Virus record (IMG/VR): IMGVR_UViG_2609460059_000002
Strand: one strand, 5' to 3'
DNA: 10,715 nucleotides
Source: a virus
Lineage: Duplodnaviria; Heunggongvirae; Uroviricota; Caudoviricetes
Made by a program: the position numbers and the translations under genes. Positions 6,312-10,715 of the stretch are shown here, piece after piece (positions within the stretch are counted from its first letter, which is position 1; each line of letters opens with the position of its first letter). The notes under the pieces are model-generated. The model was not told the DNA's origin. It saw only the letters and a program-made list of their open reading frames with translations, and made no database searches.

Positions 6312-7407
6312 ACGGCTGCGTGATGAATCAATTGCTCATGCAGTCTGGATATCCCGCTATAGCACTGGTGTGGCTGCCAGAATGGTGAAAATACTGAATG
6401 ACAGCGATGCGGAGCTTACAGCTCGCCTGCTGGTAGCACTGGACAGCCTCGATCCTGGTAGTTTTACCGTTACGCGCCTGGAGTCACTTCTGGCGAGTGT
6501 CAGAGAGGTTAACCGCGCTGCTATTAACAGCATGTTTACCAGTCTCTCCGGAGAGCTGAACGAGCTGGCAATTTATGAGGCTGGTTATCAGTTAAGTCTG
6601 TTTGATTCTCTGCTACCTGATTTTGTTGCTGATGTTCACCCTCTGGTTGGTATCTCTTCTGATGCACTTTACGCCGCTGCAATGGCGCGACCATTCCAGG
6701 GACGACTGCTCAGTGAGTGGGCCTCAGATCTTGAGGCGGATCGGCTCAGACGCATAACAAATACGGTGCGTCAGGGTTTTTTGCTGGGGGATACCAATGA
6801 GCAGATCGCAAGAAAAATTCGGGGACATGTCAGTAAGGGATTTCAGGATGGTGCATTGCAGATGAGCCGGGCTAATGCGGCCAGCATTGCAAAAACAGCG
6901 GTTGGACATCTTGCTGCTACTGCTCGTGAGAGTTTTGCACGCGCGAATAATGATTTGATTAAGGGTAAGCAATGGTTATCAACGCTTGATAATCGTACTA
7001 CGCCACAATGTCGAATCAGGGATCGCCTCAAATATACGCTGGATAATAAACCTGTAGGTCACAGCGTGCCTTATTTGCAGGGGCCGGGAAAAATTCATTT
7101 CTGCTGCCGCTCAACGGAAACGTTCATTCTGAAATCAGCGAAGGAACTGGGTATTGATGTTCGTGATATTTCCCCGGTTGAGCGGGCCAGCATGGATGGC
7201 GTGGTGGCCGGAGATACAACCTACAGGGAATGGTTTTTGCGTCAGCCTTACACCAGACAAAAACAGATTGTGGGGGAAACCCGGGCAAAGCTGATTCGGG
7301 ATGGTGGTATGTCGCCAGATGAATTTTACACCGATAAAGGCGAATGGCTGACGCTGAAGCAACTCCGTGAGCGTGATGCACAGGTATTCAGAAAAGCAGG
7401 GATTTAA
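6292..7407 (+). CDS. Phage head morphogenesis protein, Mu F / SPP1 gp7 family (minor head protein)
   Basis: Contains the family signature W-x-S/T-x-x-D-x-R-T-x-P-x-C as WLSTLDNRTTPQCRIRDRL. Overlaps the portal 3' end by 20 nt. Stop TAA 7405-7407. Confidence 0.78.
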   Translation: MMQTVNERLRDESIAHAVWISRYSTGVAARMVKILNDSDAELTARLLVALDSLDPGSFTVTRLESLLASVREVNRAAINSMFTSLSGELNELAIYEAGYQLSLFDSLLPDFVADVHPLVGISSDALYAAAMARPFQGRLLSEWASDLEADRLRRITNTVRQGFLLGDTNEQIARKIRGHVSKGFQDGALQMSRANAASIAKTAVGHLAATARESFARANNDLIKGKQWLSTLDNRTTPQCRIRDRLKYTLDNKPVGHSVPYLQGPGKIHFCCRSTETFILKSAKELGIDVRDISPVERASMDGVVAGDTTYREWFLRQPYTRQKQIVGETRAKLIRDGGMSPDEFYTDKGEWLTLKQLRERDAQVFRKAGI

Positions 7408-7426
7408 ATAAATCATTTATTACAAC

Positions 7427-7453
7427 AGGCTACCTTCGGGTGGCCTTTTTTAT
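7427..7453 (+). terminator. Intrinsic-terminator-like hairpin with UUCG tetraloop and U-tract, between the Mu F-like gene and the scaffold gene
   Basis: aGGCTACC-TTCG-GGTGGCCt is an 8-bp stem including one G-U pair, loop TTCG, followed by TTTTTTATT; it starts 20 nt after the stop at 7407. Confidence 0.55.
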
Positions 7454-7511
7454 TGCTGCGATCCGGATGGTGAGCAGCGTAACTGTCAGAAGACTTAAAC
7501 CAGGTACTAAT

Positions 7512-8276
7512 ATGAAACTGAAAACGGTCGAGATTAACGGAAAACAATACGCAGAAATTGATACTGCTGGCCTGCCAGTCTATGTGCACGACGATGGTAA
7601 AGAAATCGGCTTCGATGCACCGCTGGCGACAAAAAAAATTACAGAGCTTAATGGCGAGGCAAAAAATCATCGCCTGGCTAAAGAAGCTGCAGAGGAAAAA
7701 CTGGCTAAGTTTGCCGCTATCGAAGACCCGAAGAAGGCGATTGAGGCACTGGAAATGCTGTCAAAAATCGACCAGAAAAAGCTGATCGATGCGGGACAGG
7801 TTGACCAGGTTAAGGCAGAAATTACGAAAAATTTTCAGCAGCAATTAGATGAAGAAAAGCAACACTCTCAGATGCTGGAGAAGCAGCTTTACGATTCTAT
7901 GATTGGCGGTAGTTTTGCGGGTTCAAAATATATTGCCGATAAAATTGCGATCCCGGCAGATTTATTACAAGCCCGCTTCGGACAGGCATTCAAAGTGGAA
8001 GAAGGGAAGATCGTTGCTTATGACGCTTCCGGCAACAAAATTTATTCCCGCGCGAAGCCAGGAGAACTGGCGCAGTTTGATGAGGCGCTGGAGTTCCTCG
8101 TCGAAAATTACCCTCAGAAAGACTACATCCTGAAAGCCAGTGGCAACAATGGCTGCGGCTCCCGTCCGACACAGCATGATATTGGTCAGAAAACGATGAA
8201 ACGCTCTGCTTTTGATGCACTGGATGTTGCCGGTAAGCAAAACGCACTGAAAGACGGTATCACAATCGTTGATTAA
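7512..8276 (+). CDS. Putative scaffolding protein (254 aa), charged and predicted coiled-coil rich
   Basis: Lies between the Mu F-like and major capsid genes. E/K/Q/A-rich helical sequence (EAKNHRLAKEAAEEKLAKFAAIEDPKKAIEALEMLSKIDQKKLIDAGQVDQVKAEITKNFQQQLDEEKQ). ATG 7512 is preferred over the track's GTG 7440, which lies inside the terminator hairpin. Confidence 0.6.
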   Translation: MKLKTVEINGKQYAEIDTAGLPVYVHDDGKEIGFDAPLATKKITELNGEAKNHRLAKEAAEEKLAKFAAIEDPKKAIEALEMLSKIDQKKLIDAGQVDQVKAEITKNFQQQLDEEKQHSQMLEKQLYDSMIGGSFAGSKYIADKIAIPADLLQARFGQAFKVEEGKIVAYDASGNKIYSRAKPGELAQFDEALEFLVENYPQKDYILKASGNNGCGSRPTQHDIGQKTMKRSAFDALDVAGKQNALKDGITIVD

Positions 8277-8374
8277 TACATTTGCCAGCTTCCGGATGGG
8301 AACTGGTGTCAGGGCTGGATAGCTCACTACTCAATCAATTCACAATTACGCAAATTTTTAAGGAATATTTAATT

Positions 8375-9514
8375 ATGGCTGGAAATACCCTGACCGGGTT
8401 GATCCCGACTATTTACACCGCCCTGGATGTTGTATCCCGTGAGCAGGTAGGTTTTATCCCTGCGGTAGCAAAAAACGCAAAAGCTGACGCCGCAGCAAAA
8501 GATCAGACGGTAACCGCGCCAGTTGCGCCTGAGGCGAGAACCGAAGATATCGTACCGGGGCCGTCAGCTCCGAATACCGGTGATCAAAATATTGGCACTG
8601 TTGATGTGAAAATTACTAAATCCAAAATGGCACCGGTTAAATGGAATGGTGAAGAACAACTGGCTCTTGGCCCTTCAGGGACTTACAACACCATTCTGGC
8701 TGATCAGTTCAAGCATGCTTTTCGCGCCCTTGCAAACGAGGTTGAGGCTGATCTTGGTGCGTTGTATTTCGGTGCTTCCCGCGCCGTGGGAACCGCAGGG
8801 ACAACGCCGTTTGGTGTTAAAGATGATCTTTCTGATGCTGCTCTGGCTCGTCAGGTTCTGGAGGATAACGGCGCACCGACAACCGATCTGCAGATGGTGC
8901 TTGGCTCCACTGCCATTGCTAATTTGCGCGGAAAACAGTCTGTACTGTTTAAAGTGAATGAATCCGGCACTGAACAGCTACTGCGTGAGGGCGTGTTGGG
9001 GCGTCTGGAGGGATTCAATATTCACAGTTCGGCAGGTGTAAAACGAGCGCCAAAGGTTGCTGCAACTGGTTATCTCGTGAATGGCGAGAAAAAAGAAGGC
9101 GATGTTCTTATTTCCATTGATACTGGTTCGGGGAGTATTTCTGCAGGTCAGATTGTTACGTTCGTTGGCGATCCGAATCAGTATGTTGTGGCAGCAGCGA
9201 CCAGCAATCTGATTACTCTTGCAGCGCCCGGACTGCGTCAGGATCTGGCCGATGATACTGCAATCACAGTTGTTGGCTCCTTTACTGCAAATATGGCGTT
9301 TGATCGCAACGCGTTTCTGCTGGCATCCCGTACTCCGGCAATGCCGGAAGGTGGCGATAATGCTGATGATGTAATGAATGTTACGGACCCGATTTCAGGG
9401 ATTACGTTCCAGATTGCACTGTATCGTCAGTATCGCCAGGTGCGCTATGAAGTTGGACTGGCATGGGGTGTTTCATCAGTGAAGCCGGCACATGGTTGTC
9501 TGATTCTTGGTTAA
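8375..9514 (+). CDS. Major capsid protein (379 aa)
   Basis: Position after the scaffold gene and typical size. ATG 8375 has AAGGA 11 nt upstream; the track's 8282 start is a TTG with no RBS. Followed immediately by a terminator-like hairpin, as is common after capsid genes. Confidence 0.7.
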   Translation: MAGNTLTGLIPTIYTALDVVSREQVGFIPAVAKNAKADAAAKDQTVTAPVAPEARTEDIVPGPSAPNTGDQNIGTVDVKITKSKMAPVKWNGEEQLALGPSGTYNTILADQFKHAFRALANEVEADLGALYFGASRAVGTAGTTPFGVKDDLSDAALARQVLEDNGAPTTDLQMVLGSTAIANLRGKQSVLFKVNESGTEQLLREGVLGRLEGFNIHSSAGVKRAPKVAATGYLVNGEKKEGDVLISIDTGSGSISAGQIVTFVGDPNQYVVAAATSNLITLAAPGLRQDLADDTAITVVGSFTANMAFDRNAFLLASRTPAMPEGGDNADDVMNVTDPISGITFQIALYRQYRQVRYEVGLAWGVSSVKPAHGCLILG

Positions 9515-9523
9515 ACATTCAAA

Positions 9524-9547
9524 CGGGGCTTCGGCCCCATTTTTAAT
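9524..9547 (+). terminator. Intrinsic-terminator-like hairpin (GGGGC-TTCG-GCCCC) with U-tract, directly after the major capsid gene
   Basis: 5-bp G/C stem at 9525-9529 / 9534-9538, TTCG tetraloop, then ATTTTTAAT; begins 10 nt after the capsid stop. Confidence 0.55.
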
Positions 9548-9556
9548 GGAGGGCAT

Positions 9557-9733
9557 ATGGCCGGATTAACTAAAGAGCAAAGAGCACAGCGTGAAGCCGC
9601 ACAAAAAACGCAAATTGAGTTAGTGGTTATGGTGACCGATTATCAGATGTTTCCCGGCGCACCAACTATCGCTAATGTTCATCCTGATGAAGTTGACAAC
9701 TGGAAAGCTATGGGCTGGAAAACTCAGGAGTAA
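9557..9733 (+). CDS. Small hypothetical protein (58 aa), not in the supplied ORF track; possible head accessory protein
   Basis: ATG 9557 is preceded by GGAGGG; translation MAGLTKEQRAQREAAQKTQIELVVMVTDYQMFPGAPTIANVHPDEVDNWKAMGWKTQE; stop TAA 9731-9733. It fills the gap between the capsid terminator and the next gene, whose ATG is 3 nt downstream. Confidence 0.5.
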   Translation: MAGLTKEQRAQREAAQKTQIELVVMVTDYQMFPGAPTIANVHPDEVDNWKAMGWKTQE

Positions 9734-9736
9734 CAC

Positions 9737-10132
9737 ATGATCACTTACGTGACCTGTGATGACGTTGATAATGCGTTTGGGAACGCCTGGACGAGTGAGA
9801 ACGCTAAAAATAAAGCTGTTTTAATGGCTAATGCCTGGCTTAATGGCTTCAACCTGAAAATTAACCCATCCCGTATTCCGGAAGAGGTAAAACTTGCGGG
9901 AGCATATGCAGCCAGAATTGCCTCATTCGGTAAGTTGTTTCAGCAGAAAAATGATTCTGGCGTTGTTATCAGTAAAGCCGTGTCGGCTGACGGGGTCAGT
10001 GTATCGAAATCATTTGCTGAGTTGCCAGCAAACAGCACTGCATTGCTTGAACCCGATTTACAGCTTGCGATAGCACTGCTGAAACCGTACGGACTTAGTC
10101 GCTCACAAGTCAGGGTTGTGAGGGGGGGATAA
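9737..10132 (+). CDS. Putative head-tail connector / head completion protein (131 aa)
   Basis: Position downstream of the capsid gene in an SPP1/HK97-like gene order; its stop overlaps the next start (TAATG). Assignment is by synteny only. Confidence 0.5.
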   Translation: MITYVTCDDVDNAFGNAWTSENAKNKAVLMANAWLNGFNLKINPSRIPEEVKLAGAYAARIASFGKLFQQKNDSGVVISKAVSADGVSVSKSFAELPANSTALLEPDLQLAIALLKPYGLSRSQVRVVRGG

Positions 10133-10515
10133 TGGGGCTTCGTGAAGAGATTCAGTCAGAGGTTGCCGCTGCTTTTGATGAGGATTTAGCGGACGCCGTG
10201 AGTGATTTTTCTGGTTCTTACGTTACGCACCGGCACTGGGATCCTGTGACGGAAACTGGCGGCGAATCCACCGCAATCTATACCGGGCGAGGCGTGTTGA
10301 CACGTTATAAGCTGGGCAGAATTGATGGGATTAATATTTTGCATGGTGACCTTAAATTAACCGCTCTGGTATGCGAGGTTACGGATAAACCCGCTGTCGA
10401 CCATATTATTGAGATTTATGATCCTGTATCAAGGCAGTTACAACGATACGAGGTAATTACAGCGAGTGTAGATCCTTCCGCATCAGTTTACTCTATCCAG
10501 TTAAGGAGAGCGTAA
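10132..10515 (+). CDS. Putative head-tail joining (adaptor/stopper-like) structural protein (127 aa)
   Basis: Translationally coupled to the upstream gene (ATG within TAATG at 10130-10134) and to the downstream gene. Assignment is by synteny only. Confidence 0.45.
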   Translation: MGLREEIQSEVAAAFDEDLADAVSDFSGSYVTHRHWDPVTETGGESTAIYTGRGVLTRYKLGRIDGINILHGDLKLTALVCEVTDKPAVDHIIEIYDPVSRQLQRYEVITASVDPSASVYSIQLRRA

Positions 10516-10715
10516 ATGGCAAAGGCATGGGATATAGAACCGTCAATATTTGCCGGGATGATTGAGGAAGATGTGGGGCTGAAGATTCGCTACATCGCTA
10601 TGCAGATTCTTACTGCTATTGATATTGCTGCTCCGGTTGATACCGGACGTTTCAGAAATAACAACCTGGTGTCGTTACAGCATCCCGATTTTGGTATATC
10701 TGATAACGTGGATCC
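10516..10715 (+). CDS. 5' part of an HK97 gp10-family head-tail joining / tail completion protein (CDS continues beyond the window)
   Basis: ATG 10516 follows AAGGAGAG and lies directly after the upstream TAA. Translation MAKAWDIEPSIFAGMIEEDVGLKIRYIAMQILTAIDIAAPVDTGRFRNN contains the P-x-D-T-G-x-(L/F)-R motif typical of the HK97 gp10 family as I recall it. Confidence 0.55.
   Translation, partial: MAKAWDIEPSIFAGMIEEDVGLKIRYIAMQILTAIDIAAPVDTGRFRNNNLVSLQHPDFGISDNVD

Noticed and set aside
7440-7511. N-terminal extension of the scaffold ORF from GTG 7440
   Set aside because: The GTG lies inside the terminator-like hairpin with no RBS; ATG 7512 was preferred.
7965-8327. 120-aa minus-strand ORF (and the overlapping 7990-8247 ORF)
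   Set aside because: Antisense to the scaffold gene; no supporting signals; most likely a spurious open frame.
8282-8374. N-terminal extension of the capsid ORF from TTG 8282
   Set aside because: TTG without an RBS in what looks like an intergenic leader; ATG 8375 with an AAGGA upstream was preferred.
1-10715. CRISPR arrays, tRNA/tmRNA genes, integrase or att-site direct repeats, IS elements
   Set aside because: No regularly spaced direct repeats with unique spacers, no cloverleaf-like tRNA sequence, no recombinase-like ORF and no terminal inverted repeats were seen; the only repeat cluster (TGCGCA in terS) is inside a coding region and not CRISPR-like.

Overview
The window is essentially one co-directional (+ strand) block of tightly packed, often overlapping genes that reads as the DNA-packaging and head-morphogenesis module of a tailed phage, most likely an enterobacterial lambdoid-type prophage. 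In order: small HTH protein, terminase small and large subunits, portal, Mu F / SPP1 gp7-like head morphogenesis protein, scaffold, major capsid, a small unlisted ORF, two head-tail joining proteins, and the start of an HK97 gp10-like gene at the window edge. The best candidate for a poorly described system is a two-gene accessory cassette just upstream of the packaging genes: a ParB/Srx-fold N-terminal-domain protein translationally coupled to a protein with GT-A glycosyltransferase-like motifs (possible DNA modification, anti-restriction or packaging accessory). The first ~480 bp look like a recombination scar: the 3' end of a GC-rich FtsX-like permease gene is fused at about 217-222 to AT-rich DNA carrying a 5'-truncated TrkG/TrkH-like K+ transporter fragment. 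No rRNA, tRNA, CRISPR array, integrase or IS element was recognised. All calls come from reading translated motifs, gene order, ribosome-binding sites and hairpins by eye; no database search or computation was run, so functional names are hypotheses.
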